This document shows, piece by piece, positions 22,454 to 36,444 of a stretch of DNA of 63,859 nt. Numbering within the stretch: the first letter of the stretch is position 1; each line of letters starts with the position of its first letter. The notes under the pieces are model-generated. The model had not been told where the DNA came from. It did no database searches and saw only the letters and a list, made by a program, of their open reading frames with translations. The translations under genes and the position numbers were made by a program. Source of the DNA: Vitrella brassicaformis CCMP3155 (lineage: Eukaryota > Protista > Chromerida); NCBI GenBank assembly GCA_001179505.1, contig CDMY01000260.1, positions 1-63,859 of the forward strand, in the 5' to 3' direction.

Positions 22454-24175
22454 CTATCTACGCACATCCTCAAGTCCCAGCACTACTTGCTCCCTCTTGC
22501 CTCTCTCATCATGGCCACCGTCACCCCCACTGTCAGCAGCACGAAACCTACTCGCCATCAACCTGGCCCTGTCCACCCTCGACTTGCCCCGCCACTCGCC
22601 CAGCATCTCAGACTCATCTATGTCAGACTCCAAAGCCATCTCTGACCCGCTCTCCTCTCCCCCACCATCCTCCTCCTCTCTCTCCTCATCGTGGTCACGC
22701 CCGCGTGCCCCTGTGGCTTCCCTTTCTGGCCGGTCGCTTGGTCGACGAGCGTCCTGCTGGGGGGCCTCAGCCGTGAAGAAGGCGAATCGGCCACCGGAGG
22801 ACATCACCGGCGGCGGCGGGGGGCCCCCAGCCTCGCCCGATCGATCACCATCACCATTATCATCGTCGTCAAGCTGTGTGAGGTCGACATGGGCCGCCTT
22901 GCGCTTCTGCCCCAGCAGCCGGGGGTGCAGCGGCAGCGGCTGAGACGACTCATGGTCCAGCACTATCGCGTTGTCCTCACCAAAGCCGCTCACTTTGCCG
23001 TAGACGGGATGCAGCCCGCCCGCCCCTTCCCGCCGCCACGCTGACTTGCGGCAGCTGTCGGTCCAAGTGAAGGAGCCCAGCGGGCGAGAGGAAGGAGGGG
23101 CGTCATCAGCAGCTTGCTGCTGCTGGGCGGGATGAGACGGCTCGGGCAGAGAGGGGGGAGGGTGAAAAGAAAGGGAGACGGCCGGGGGTGGGGCATCGTC
23201 AGAGGACGCAGCAGCAGGTTGGCCGATGAATGCGCGCCCACCCTGTTGTTTGTAGCGGAGCGTCTCCGTCTCCCTGCGGCTCTTGGCCATCTCCTTTTTC
23301 TGCTGGAAGGCCCGCCATGACGACACTCGCTCGTCAAATGCATCCTGGTTCTCCTCCTTGTGCTGCCGCAGGGCATCATGTCTGGCATGAGATGACAACA
23401 GAGAGAGGCAAGAACGACACAGTGTCACTGCGGTTGGTAGGACGGACAGGTCTTCCTTACCGTCTTTGCACGGCGTCATCTTTCCGCTCTTTTCGCCTCC
23501 GCTGGGCATCACGCTGGCCCTCACGACGCGCCTCCCACGCACGGACCTCCTGACACACACACACACACACACACTGCTGATGGTCCTGGATGTGGTGGCT
23601 GCCCACTTGCCTGTCGGAATTTCTCTTCCTCAGCGGCGAACGCCTGTTCCATCTCCTCGATGGTCGCCTTCTCCCACCACCGCACGAAACTCGATGATCC
23701 ACCCTGCACCCAGCACACAGACAGACAAAGGATGCTAGGACGGTGCTGACGGCTTCTCATCTGTTGTGTGACGGCACCTTTTGGTGTAGGTATGAGTCGA
23801 AGCTATTGCTGGCGCCGCCTCTGCCATGGCCAGTGGCGGCGTGAAGAGCCCGCTCCTGCTCGGATGCATCGCTCAGCACTTGGAGAGCGCCAAACACCAC
23901 CCGAAACGCGTCAGACGCCCTGGCAACACACACACACACACACGCACACACACAGAGGGAAAAGAACAGATCATCGGCAGTTCAATGTGTCGCTTCATCT
24001 CTGTGTAGCTGAGCACATACTTTGGATGGGTGCATTTGTCGGGATGGACGAGGAGGCTGATGCGCTTGTAGGCCTTGCGCACCACGTCGGTGTCGGTTAT
24101 CCACTGCGGCTGCAGCTCCAGCACCTCGTATGCGCTGCGCGCCGACAACACACGCTCAACCACCGCCTCACTCAT
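22454..24175 (-). CDS. J-domain (DnaJ/Hsp40-type) protein
   Basis: MSEAVVERVLSARSAYEVLEL...VRKAYKRISLLVHPDKCTHPK|ASDAFRVVFGALQVLSD has the HPD motif and J-domain helices. A coiled-coil/low-complexity tail follows (ORF 22454..23572). Confidence 0.85.
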
Positions 24176-24385
24176 CCCTTCTCTCCCTCCCGGATTTTGC
24201 TAGCTCGCAGGAGGTGGCTAGGGTGCTCCGTGAAACCGCTGCATTGGAACCCTAGCCTCGATTCTCGAGAAGGACCTGAGAAGGCTTTTGCTGTTCCGTG
24301 GATAGCGCTCTCCATCGCATCATCGCATCTGTGTCCATTGCACCCTTTATCGCATTCATTTATATCTTCTCGCCTTCCCGCCGCA

Positions 24386-25059
24386 ATGGCTGAGTCATTC
24401 ACCCTCCGTGACTTCATCACCCTGGGTGGCCTGGCAGGTATCCACACACAGCGAACGAAGCGCTCACCGTCACATCCCACACACAGAGAGGAAGAGAGAG
24501 ATAGATCTGCATTCTTGCATGTGCTGTGCTTGAGCGATGGTGGATGCTTGTGTGTGTGTGTGTCTGTCTGTCTGTCTGCTTTAGGTCTGATGCTGATGGT
24601 GCTTTTCCAGAACATGGCCATCACCGACCTCAGAAGATCCCTCCAGCAGCAGGGGAATGTTGATCTGCCGGCCGCACACCCACATGTAAGCACCCAACAG
24701 GTGGAAACCGCACAAGGACTCTCACCCACTCTCTGGTTGGTTGTCTGTGCTGCAGGTGCGCCGCCTTCAGGTCAACGAAACCGCGGCTGGTGTCGCAAAC
24801 GAGACGGCCGAGGGCTCAGAGTTTCCCGTGCGCGACGCCGTCAAGGAGCAGTGCCCCGTCCTCTATGACACCGTCAAGCTCGCCCTGCGCGAAGATCTCA
24901 CCAACGAGTTGGGCTACGAGGCCGACGACGAGACGGGCGTGCTCAGGACGATTGATGGCGAAGACGGGACGGTGGTGCAGGTCAAGGAGTACTACGACGC
25001 CATTGGCATGTTCGATTTGCTCACAGCGCCGCTCGACGACCTTTACAAGGTGAGAAGTA

Positions 25060-25093
<34 letters not shown>

Positions 25094-25725
25094 AGAGAGA
25101 GGGAGAGAGAGGGCGAGAGGGCGAGGGTCATGTGTGTGTGGTTGGTGTGGTCAGATGGACACGCTGTATTTGACGTTTGGCGAGGACGATCGCTTCGAGA
25201 AGCTCTACACGGTCGAGGAGGTCACGCGGGACCTGGTCGACCCTCTCGTCGAGATCCGATTCCACGGCGGCGACATGCTCCGCATGGTCCCTGAGGTAAA
25301 GAAACCCGACACGGTACCCATCCACCCCATAGCACCCTGCTCACGTGTCTGTGTCCGCTATCGAGTCCAGGGTGCCAACCTTTACGACAAGGACGACATG
25401 GAAATCCCCATCGCCGTGTTTGCGGGCCCCGAGTACGACCCCGAGAGCGACCTCCTGATCACTGTGGACGAGTACCTCAACAGCACGGCCGCGGCCGGGA
25501 CAAACGCCACTGACGGCGACTCGACACGCAGACTGCAGTAAGGGACGGACGGAGGAAACGGACGGAGTGCGTGTGTGCATGTTGGGCGTGTGTGTGTGTG
25601 TGTGTGTGTGTCTCAGGCTGTCACGTTCGTTCGGCTCGACCCGTGGTCAGGTGGGCAATCAGGTCTTCTTCAACACCGGCTCTTACACCTCACGTGAGCA
25701 TACGGGGCGGCCGGCCGGGAGCACA

Positions 25726-25756
<31 letters not shown>

Positions 25757-25860
25757 GACGATGGCAACGTGTGTGTGCGTGTGTGCGTGTAGGCCGCTCA
25801 CTGGGCCCGGTGACGAATTTCAGAGCTCAGCGGTTCCAGGCCATGGCGTCGGGCGGGTAA
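24386..25860 (+). CDS. Hypothetical acidic protein with N-terminal signal/TM segment and two RRLQ motifs
   Basis: Exon chain MAESFTLRDFITLGGLAG|LMLMVLFQ...|VRRLQVNETA...DDLYK|MDTLY...|GANLY...STRRLQ|LSRSFGSTRGQVGNQVFFNTGSYTS|RRSLGPVTNFRAQRFQAMASGG* with consistent phases. Confidence 0.65.
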
Positions 25861-27042
25861 GGCCGGGCCGGCAGAGAGAGGGATCTGCACTGCAGACCAC
25901 ACAAATGGAATGACACGTGGGCACCTCTGTGTGTGTGGTGTGTGCAGTCGCTGCCGTGGCACAGCTGGCCAGTGCAGAGGGACCGGGCGATAGACACGCG
26001 TGAATTGCAGTCGGTGTCTCGTCCGTCGTGCGCCTGTTCTTTTCTCTCGCCTTGGTTCCTTTTCGGTTGGTTGGCCTCCTCTTCTCAATCTCACCTCCCT
26101 TCCTCTCCCTCCTCTCTGTCTCTGTTTTGCATGGATGGCGTCTTCTGTCGCGCATTTACGTGTGCGCCTTCTAGAAGATTCCATCCACTCAGACAAAGGC
26201 CGAGAGATGGATGGATGGTTGCATGTCAGAGTCTAGCCTCTCTCTTGTCCCAGTACGTGTACGTTTGTATGCATGTGTGTGTGTGTCTGTGTGTAACCAG
26301 CTAGCTATGAAAGTGATGGTAGAGATAGGCAAACCAAACGGGGTTTTATGGGCCCTTCCTTCGGTGCGTGGCTTGTGGCGGCTTGGTAGCGGCAGCCAGG
26401 TTGCGTTTTTTGTGGCTGTGGTGATCGTGCTTTATGTGAGTGCATCGATCGCCGCAACCATCGATGTGGGTGGGGATGGGACATTCATGCGTTTGACATG
26501 CATCGTATACAACACGATGATGATTAACGTCCGTGTTCCGCTCTGTCAAACCCCAGCCGGGTGTGCATACACTTATTCATGTGTCTGTGTTTCATTGGCC
26601 AACGAGTGGATGTCTGCTCATCACCGAGCAGACCTGTGTCTGGTGTGAGAGATAGGGGTGTGTCCGTGTGTGCGAATGCATGCGCGAGGGGCGGCTGGCA
26701 AGGTAGACAGAGCCTTTGTCGATTATTTCATTGATTCATCGGACAGTGAATTAAGTCAGGGCACACGCACCATCACACATCTGGCCATCGGGTCAGACAA
26801 AAAGATAAACTGACTGACTATAGCTCCGATCGTTGGCCAACGCACGGATGCTCCATCCATCCAGCCGCCCACCGCCCACCCACATGGAGCCCATAAAAAG
26901 GTCAGAAAGACACACAGCCTACGCCATCGCCAGCCCAGAGCAGTCCAGCCCCCCACGCCGCACCCGCCCACCATCTGATTGATCCATCTGATTGATGGAT
27001 GGATGCAAGCATGCATGGCCTTTCCACCCAACCACACCCTGC

Positions 27043-27888
27043 TCACACACGGGTTATGAACCCAGGCGCCACACCCCCAGGCGGCACACTTGGCTGCACA
27101 CCCCCAGGCGGCACACCAGGCTGCGGCACACCTACCGCCACACCGCCGGGCTGCTGCACCGACATCTGCACCCCCTGGGCCGGCGCCTGGGCCGGGTGCT
27201 GATACGCATACTGATACCGTGGCAATAACACGGCTGACATGGGCCGTGGCTGCCGGAAATCACAGCAGCAAAAGCGGAGCAGACAGATGCCCATCACGAC
27301 AAGGCCCACTCCAAAAGCCGCTGCCCCAGCTGCCATGGCACTCGTCCCGTCAGATTTCTGAGCCTTGACATCTTGCTCAGGGTTGAAGATCTTGTAGCAA
27401 TGCGGCTTGTTGCCGCATCGGTACCACCAAGCGACATCCCCCTTGCCGTCCCTAATCCTCCAGCAGTCCACAACTTGGCCTTTCTCAAACGTCTCCAGAT
27501 GCAGCGTCTGGACTGGACAGGAGCCGTCACGGCCGGGCTGTGACTTCGTCTCGGTAATCGAGGTGTAGGGCCCAAGAATGCCGGCCATGAAGCTGTACGT
27601 GTACTTGTCTTCGCAGGTGACGTCATTGTTGTCTCTGCCGCCACTTATAGTCATGTTCACCTCGATGTCTATGATGGTGCACACTCGGCCGAGGGCTTCG
27701 AAATCATCATTGGGGTTGAGGGCGTCCGCCTGGATCTTCCGACTCGCGCCGACAGAGTAGAGGAGTACACCAAAGATGCTGAAACAGACAGCGCTGATGC
27801 AACAGACAACGTCCAGCCATTGCCGCCGGGTAAGACCACACGGTGCCCACCAGCCTTGGGTCCCGGAGAACGTCGTCCACACGCACAT
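27043..27888 (-). CDS. Intronless two-TM protein with Cys-containing extracellular loop and Pro/Gly/Gln-rich tail (copy 1)
   Basis: Single 281-aa ORF with hydrophobic segments VVCCISAVCFSIFGVLLYSVGA and AMAAGAAAFGVGLVVMGICLL flanking a loop with C...C...C...DCWRIRDGKG...YRCGNKPHCYKIFNP. Confidence 0.8.
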   Translation of the reverse strand: MCVWTTFSGTQGWWAPCGLTRRQWLDVVCCISAVCFSIFGVLLYSVGASRKIQADALNPNDDFEALGRVCTIIDIEVNMTISGGRDNNDVTCEDKYTYSFMAGILGPYTSITETKSQPGRDGSCPVQTLHLETFEKGQVVDCWRIRDGKGDVAWWYRCGNKPHCYKIFNPEQDVKAQKSDGTSAMAAGAAAFGVGLVVMGICLLRFCCCDFRQPRPMSAVLLPRYQYAYQHPAQAPAQGVQMSVQQPGGVAVGVPQPGVPPGGVQPSVPPGGVAPGFITRV

Positions 27889-28237
27889 ACTGCTGACGGA
27901 AAGTACTGCTGCACCAGCGCACTCCAGGGGGAGCCTTCCTGTCTTCTCTCGAGGGGAAGGAGGGAGAGAACGAGAGATTCCTCTGCGAGCTTATGGGTCT
28001 GAGCTCGCACCCTTCTCCATTGAGGAAATGATGTGCACCTCTGTGTCAGTCCGTCACGCACATTCGCGACGTATTCGTGTCTGTCTGTCTGTCCGCCGCA
28101 TCCATCCATCCATCCATCAGTGGTCCCCCATTGACTCACACGCCTGCACAACACGTACACACACCGAGCACGCCATCAGCCATCAACACACGCCCTGCCT
28201 CTCTGTGTATCTGCACCTGTCTCGTCCGTTCGCTTGT

Positions 28238-29207
28238 TCATGCCGTCCTCTTGTGCTGTTTGTTGTGTGTGGCGCCTCTGAAGCTCATCTCTGCCTGCGT
28301 GGGCGGCGTGGCGTGGTGTGCGGCCGCGCTGCGGACAATGACGACCGGCCCGCCAAACGGCACACTGACGGGCGCGGGCGGCTGCTGCTGAGCTGCCGGA
28401 GCCGCCGCCTTGCCAGCAGCCTGGCCGGGGAACCTGTTGATTGATTGATTCATCCATCAGTCGACACACGTGAGACACACACAGAGAGAGAGGGGGGGAG
28501 GATTGTGTTGTGTGATGTGTGGTGTCTGACTGACTGGAGTTGGAGGTTGACTGCGTTTTCCGCGCCGCTTTCGATGTGTTGGAGTTTGTCCTGCGAGGCC
28601 TTGAGCGCCGACTGCAGCGCCGACCTGTCGTTCAACACTGACACACACACACATACGTAAGGAGAGAGATGGATGTGTGGCTGGCATGTGTGTCTGTCTG
28701 TGTGTGTTACCCTTTGCGGGTTGTGCGTTGAGTCTGTTGGTTTGTTCCTGAAGTGTTGCCACTCCGACCTGAGCCGCACTCAGCTGAGACTCAGCTGCCG
28801 ACGACACAACGCCAAATATCACACACACAGCCACATGTGAGTGTCTCTCCCTCTCTCTCTGTGTGTCTCTGTCTGTGTCACGTTGTGTCTGTGTGGCTGC
28901 CGCCGCGCCCTCTTCCTCCTCCTCCTCCTCCTCCTCGGTCGGCACACCACCCACTGCTGCTGCGGCTGGTGCTGGTGGCTGTGCGGCTGGCGGCGCCATC
29001 ATCGGAGCGGCGGCTTGAGGCTGAGGCACACCAATGGCACTCCCCAACACACCCTCCAGACCTCTGAAGACACACAGAGAAAGAGGATTAATTCATCGGA
29101 TGTCTGTGTGAGTGTCATTGTGGTGCTCACGGGATGAGTGCGTGCGATGGCGTGCAGACGACAGCCGCGACAGTCACCAGCCAAAGCAGACGAGCAGCCG
29201 ACGTCAT
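28238..29207 (-). CDS. Predicted secreted Ala/Pro-rich coiled-coil protein (copy 1)
   Basis: MTSAARLLWLVTVAAVVCTPSHALIP (signal peptide)|GLEGVLGSAIGVPQP...poly-E...|ESQLSAAQVGVATLQEQTNRL|LNDRSALQSALKASQDKLQHIE|...RSAAAHHA; GT-AG joins. Confidence 0.65.
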
Positions 29208-30060
29208 AGTGACTGTGACTGTGGTTTGATTGATGTCGTCGTGGGCCAAGCAGACACCAAGACAGAGACAGTCAGATGTTTGTCAATGTCACTGAGACAA
29301 TCAGAGCGGGGCAATGTGCGTGTGAGTGTGTCTCTGTGTTGCCTTTGTCCGTTTGTTTGTGTGCATTCGTATGCTCATACGTCACATCGACCGACCGACC
29401 ATCCTTAATTGATTCACTGATCAGTGAGTGTTTCGAGACCGTCGCTGCTGACTGTCGTGTGCTAACGTGTCTCTCTCACCCACACACCACGCACAACGCA
29501 CGACGCAGACTAACCGACAACCAACAAGACAGGCGCATGCAGGCCCCCACACCACACACACAAAATCGTGGCCACCATACCCCCGACAACCGTCCGTGTG
29601 TGTCTCGAGCGCGTGTGTCTGCAGCCAGGCAGGTAGCTACCGTGTTGCATGCCTCCCCGACGGGTAACGTGTTGATGCTGACGGTATCATCCACCGGCAC
29701 CAAGCCGTTAGCACTCGCAGAGGCATACACCCACGGTAACAAAGCGCCCACCATATCACACTGATATGGGAGGTGTGTGTAAGTGTGTGTGTGTGTGTGG
29801 TGTGTCTAGCAGCTCGTTCCGCGACTCGTCAGAGAGATATCAGCCAGAGAGCCATACACACGTACAAGCAGACACGAGATCGATCTCTCTACGCGTAACT
29901 GCATTCATCCAACAGACAGGGCGTTGTGTCCGTCCACAGCCACACCACGGCCACCACCAAAGCCACCCACCAACCCCACACGCCACACACACGATCGTTG
30001 CCGGTTCCGTGTCGCCAGAATGGTGTGTGTGTGTGGGTGTGCAGGTGCGTGCAGAGTGAC

Positions 30061-30093
<33 letters not shown>

Positions 30094-30515
30094 GACAGCA
30101 AAGAGTTTTGCCAGTCCGTCATTCGTCTCATGTCGATGGGTGCAGTGGCAGCGGGAAGCAGATGAGATGGCTCTGCAAAACTTGGCTGGATGGATCAGTG
30201 GACGGATGAATGGTGGATGGGATGCGCCAGACAGAGACAGACACAGGATGAGCGAGACGAAGGAGAAGAAGAATCAGAGGTGGTGAGTGTAGTGTGCTGT
30301 TTGAAAAGCAATATACAAAACGACGGCATCCATGATGTGTCCCTCCACACATGCTTCGAGATAAGATGCACAGCAGCAGCAGCAGCAGCAAGAGAACCAG
30401 AAATATGGCACCAACAGAAACTAGCTAGGTAGGAAAGTGCCGGGTTGGTCAAAATTGGCTGGCTGGTTGCACGACGAACGAATGAACCAATGACGGCCGG
30501 TCAGCCGATGGATGG

Positions 30516-30546
<31 letters not shown>

Positions 30547-33390
30547 GGCGCCGGAAACGCATGTTGTGTGTGTCCATGGGGAAAGAAATGAAGGCAGGCT
30601 GGCAGGCAGGCACTCCGTGCGTGTGTGCATTCAAGAGGCCTCTCACCAGGGCGGGCAAGCGATAGGTGCAAAATTGACCCGCCCGGCAGTCGGCCCCTTG
30701 TTCTGTCTGTTTCGTCTTGTCTCTGCTAGTGCGTCGTCTCGTCGCGTGGATGTGTGTGGCCTCTCTCTTTCTCTCTAGCTATGGATCGGTCGGTCGGGCA
30801 GTCGGACAGTCTACGTACACCACAGACACCACAGACAAGACACACTCACAGCCAGGCAGCCAGGCCCCACCGCCACCACCCACCACCCACCATCCCTCCA
30901 AAACACCCCAGGCACGTTTGATAGACACTTAGTTGGCCGTTTGAATGTCGTATGGACATCCCACCACGGCCCGCCTGGAAGCAGGAGGGGGGAGAGAGAG
31001 GGAGGGAGGAGGAACCTCTTGCACCCACCCACACACACACACACAGAGCAGTACGGACACACCAATGCAGACAGACAGACAGACAGACAGGGAGGGAGGG
31101 AGAGAGCGGCCGGTCGGACGGACATTAGATAGGGGCAGGCAGGCAGGCAGGCAGGCAGGTCACTCGAATTAGGAGGTAAGCAAGGCAGACAAACCAGAGA
31201 GTGTCTACGTGTTTATGAAGGTATGGACGCATCCATGGCAGGCTTGCAGGCAGGAAGTGTTCAGATGAGTCAGGTAGTCAGTTACTGCGGTACGTACCCC
31301 CACACCACACCATGCCACCCCACCAAAACCCGTCCGACCCATCCGCCCACGTGTTGCTGCAACCAACACACCAATAACGTCGTTGCTGCTGTGCCCTTAT
31401 ATGATACACCTCACACATACTAGACAGACAGACAGACAGACGGCAGACAGACAGACAGACGGACAAACCATCACCACACCAGAACAGCCGCACACACACC
31501 GACAGAGTGACAGGCAAAGTTCTTTGTGTATGTGTGGCTGCCAAAGACTTTGCGAGCGCCGAGCGGCCACGTCATTTTGGCAGGGGAGGGGGTGGGAGGG
31601 GAGGGGAGCTTCCTGTCTGCCCGCCCGCATATATGGACCATTGTGTGCTACGTCGGCCAATATACGAGAAAAAGTCGGAGGCCGATAGAGATGATTCGAT
31701 GGATAGGCCTGATCTGCTATGCTATGCTAGCACCATGGAAGTACTTGCATCCCTCGGTCTCTCTCTCTCTCTCTCTCTTACTCGTCCGCTCGGTCGGTCG
31801 CTCTCCAAGGCGGGCCGGTAGGCCGCTGTAAAAGCACATCTGAATAAGAGAATTGCGTGGACTCTCTCTCTCTCGCCTATCTCTCCCTGTCTCTCTGTGG
31901 AAGTCTGTCTGTCTGTCTTTCTGGGGGTGGGTGGGTCAACGACAAGGAACACTCAGTCAGTGGTCAGCCAGACGTCTCTCCACATCCCATACACCCACGC
32001 CATCCACACACACATTCAGACACCTGTACACCAACCACAACAGGTCGCCAGCCAGCCATCCGACGCATCAGCCATCCAGCCCGAAGCAGCAAGCCAACCA
32101 CCGAGTCAGCCATGAGATACCGCCCGCCTGCCTTCGCCCATCCACCCCACCAAACGTCAGGCACCCAGTCAGTCGGCCAGTCCGTCCGTCGCGAGTCGCC
32201 CCTGTTTGATTTCTACAGGTTCGAGACAACCAGCCGCACAGCGCTAGCTAGAGCATCCAGCAGCCACGCACGGACACACAGCGAGACGGACACCTGACTG
32301 GATGACTGGATGACGCAGAGAGGGACGGACAGAAGGACAGGCAGGGCACACAGAGGGAGGGCCTGGCTGTGATGGGCTAACTGGGCTGGCTCACACACGA
32401 GAGAGGTACGACGAAGGCAAAGGAAGATACAGATGGAGAGGCACACGACAGAAGGATGACCGGCCAACTGTCTGCAAAACCCCTCCGACCGTCGGTCAGA
32501 TCGGACAGATATCCGGTATATAGACAGAAAAGTATGCAAGCGCATCGCGCACAAGAAAGATAGGCCACAGAGTTTCCTCCACGCCAATACGCCCTTCGAC
32601 CATTTACGCGACCGACCGTGCGACACATACAGACAGAGAGAGAAGAGCAAGAGAAAGAGAAAGAGACAAGAAAGTTCCGTTTTAGGTCTGTCCGCTCGCC
32701 GTGCAGCTACCTTTTCACACACCTCTGTATGTGTCCATGCAGTGGTCAAACAAACGCGCCTATGGCGGGCAAAGCAGAAAGGAAACAGAAAGTGCTGTCT
32801 GTGAGTGGTGCATGTGAAAAACACCGAAAGCATATATACACACACACACACACATCAAAAGGCGAACAGAAACAAAAGAAGCGGCTAAAAAAATCCCGCC
32901 AGAAACGAACACAGCGTGTAAGGATGATGCAGGGAGGGGGGGCAGCATCTACACATCCATCCATCCATCCATCAGGTCATGTATCGCAGACAGAGAGGAA
33001 GGCACGTGCACTGTGTGTGTGTGTATGTGTGTGTTCTCACTGATATATTCACCCACGCACTCTCACGTCAACAAATGGCGGGGGCCAGCCAGACAGGCAG
33101 GGAGAGGGAGGTAGGGAGGGAGAGACGGATGGCCAGCAGAAGCAGAGGTCGGGGAGAATGCATCAGCCAGCGACAGACAGACAGATGGACGCATGCCGCT
33201 GATGACGCAAAGTCCCTTCCTCGCCATGCATGCCATTTCCCTCCCCCGCCCCTCTCACGATAGATACGACACACGCGACGTTGAAAACCCATCCATTCGT
33301 ACACAGACGGGACGATGCAGACAGAGAGCCCCCAGTCCATTCCCCGACACCAAGACAGCCAGACAGGTAGCACCCAGATATCGACAGTCG

Positions 33391-33690
33391 NNNNNNNNNN
33401 NNNNNNNNNNNNNNNNNNNNNNNNNNNNNNNNNNNNNNNNNNNNNNNNNNNNNNNNNNNNNNNNNNNNNNNNNNNNNNNNNNNNNNNNNNNNNNNNNNNN
33501 NNNNNNNNNNNNNNNNNNNNNNNNNNNNNNNNNNNNNNNNNNNNNNNNNNNNNNNNNNNNNNNNNNNNNNNNNNNNNNNNNNNNNNNNNNNNNNNNNNNN
33601 NNNNNNNNNNNNNNNNNNNNNNNNNNNNNNNNNNNNNNNNNNNNNNNNNNNNNNNNNNNNNNNNNNNNNNNNNNNNNNNNNNNNNNNNNN
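33391..33690. other. Assembly gap (300 N)
   Basis: Run of N. Confidence 1.
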
Positions 33691-33802
33691 CCCACCCACC
33701 CGCACTACACCCCCCCCACCTGCCCGATGCACGCCACGAGCAGCCAGCCAGCCACGCCACGTACATGTGTTGCATGTGTGTGGATGTGGATCAGTCCGTC
33801 AA

Positions 33803-34893
<1,091 letters not shown>

Positions 34894-35071
34894 TCACAGA
34901 TTTACAGACCTTTCTCATCGCGTCGAGCAAAGCGTTGGACAGCGTGTCCTCATTGTGACGACCGATCGATCATACATATACGTACGTGACGCATTGACAA
35001 ACATTTGACTGTCTCTGTCTTTCTGTCGGTTGGCACACGACGACATCAATCAAGTCACAGTCACAGTCACT

Positions 35072-36035
35072 ATGACGTCGGCTGCTCGTCTGCTTTGGCT
35101 GGTGACTGTCGCGGCTGTCGTCTGCACGCCCTCACACGCACTCATCCCGTGAGCACCACAATGACACTCACACAGACAGACATCCGATGAATCAATCCTC
35201 TTTCTCTGTGTGTCTTCAGAGGTCTGGAGGGTGTGTTGGGGAGTGCCATTGGTGTGCCTCAGCCTCAAGCCGCCGCTCCGATGATGGCGCCGCCAGCCGC
35301 ACAGCCACCAGCACCAGCCGCAGCAGCAGTGGGTGGTGTGCCGACCGAGGAGGAGGAGGAGGAGGAAGAGGGCGCGGCGGCAGCCACACAGACACAACGT
35401 GACACAGACAGAGACACACAGAGAGAGAGGGAGAGACACTCACATGTGGCTGTGTGTGTGATATTTGGCGTTGTGTCGTCGGCAGTTGAGTCTCAGCTGA
35501 GTGCGGCTCAGGTCGGAGTGGCAACACTTCAGGAACAAACCAACAGACTCAACGCACAACTCGCAAAGGGTAACACAAACACAGACACACACAGACACAC
35601 ACAAATGCGATTCACACATCCATCTCTCTCTCCTTACGTATGTGTGTGTGTGTCAGTGTTGAACGACAGGTCGGCGCTGCAGTCGGCGCTCAAGGCCTCG
35701 CAGGACAAACTCCAACACATCGAAAGCGGCGCCGAAAATGCCGTCAACCTCCAACTTCAGTCAGTCAGACACCACACAATCCTCCCCCCCTCTCTCTCTG
35801 TGTGTGTCTCACGTGTGTCGACTGATGGATGAATCAATCAATCAACAGGTTCCCCGGCCAGGCTGCTGGCAAGGCGGCCGCCCCGGCAGCTCAGCAGCAG
35901 CCGCCCGCGCCCGTCAGTGTGCCGTTTGGCGGGCCGATCGTCATTGTCCGCAGCGCGGCCGCACACCACGCCACGCAGACAATGATGAGCTTCAGAGGCG
36001 CCACACACAACAAACAGCACAAGAGGACGGCATGA
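35072..36035 (+). CDS. Predicted secreted Ala/Pro-rich coiled-coil protein (copy 2)
   Basis: Near-identical paralog of 28238..29207 with the same exons; differs by small indels (poly-E length, last exon). Confidence 0.65.
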
Positions 36036-36444
36036 ACAAGCGAACGGACGAGACAGGTGCAGACACACAGAGAGGCAGGGCGTGTGTTGATGGCTGATGG
36101 CGTGCTCGGTGTGTGTACGTGTTGTGCAGGCGTGTGAGTCAATGGGGGACCACTGATGGATGGATGGATGGATGGATGCGGCGGACAGACAGACAGATAC
36201 GAATACGTCGCGAATGTGCGTGCTTCTGAAAGAGCTCCTTGCAATAGTTTGGATGCGAACATGTAATCAACCGTCCCAGCGCATGGACACACGGACAATC
36301 TTACCCTTAACCACCACCCCGCTCCTTCCGGAGTGCGAGCTCAGACTCATAAGCTCGCAGAGCGTTCTCTCCCTCCTTCCCCTCGAGAGAAGACAGGAAA
36401 GCTTCCCCGGAGTGCGCTGGTGCAGCAGTACTTCCGTCAGCAGT

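Larger units (their letters stand above)
25642..29288. repeat. Left arm of ~3.6 kb inverted segmental duplication
   Basis: Reverse complement of 34992-38516; anchors include 25642<->38516, 26340<->37860, 27400<->36960, 28900<->35350 and 29288<->34992. Confidence 0.9.
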
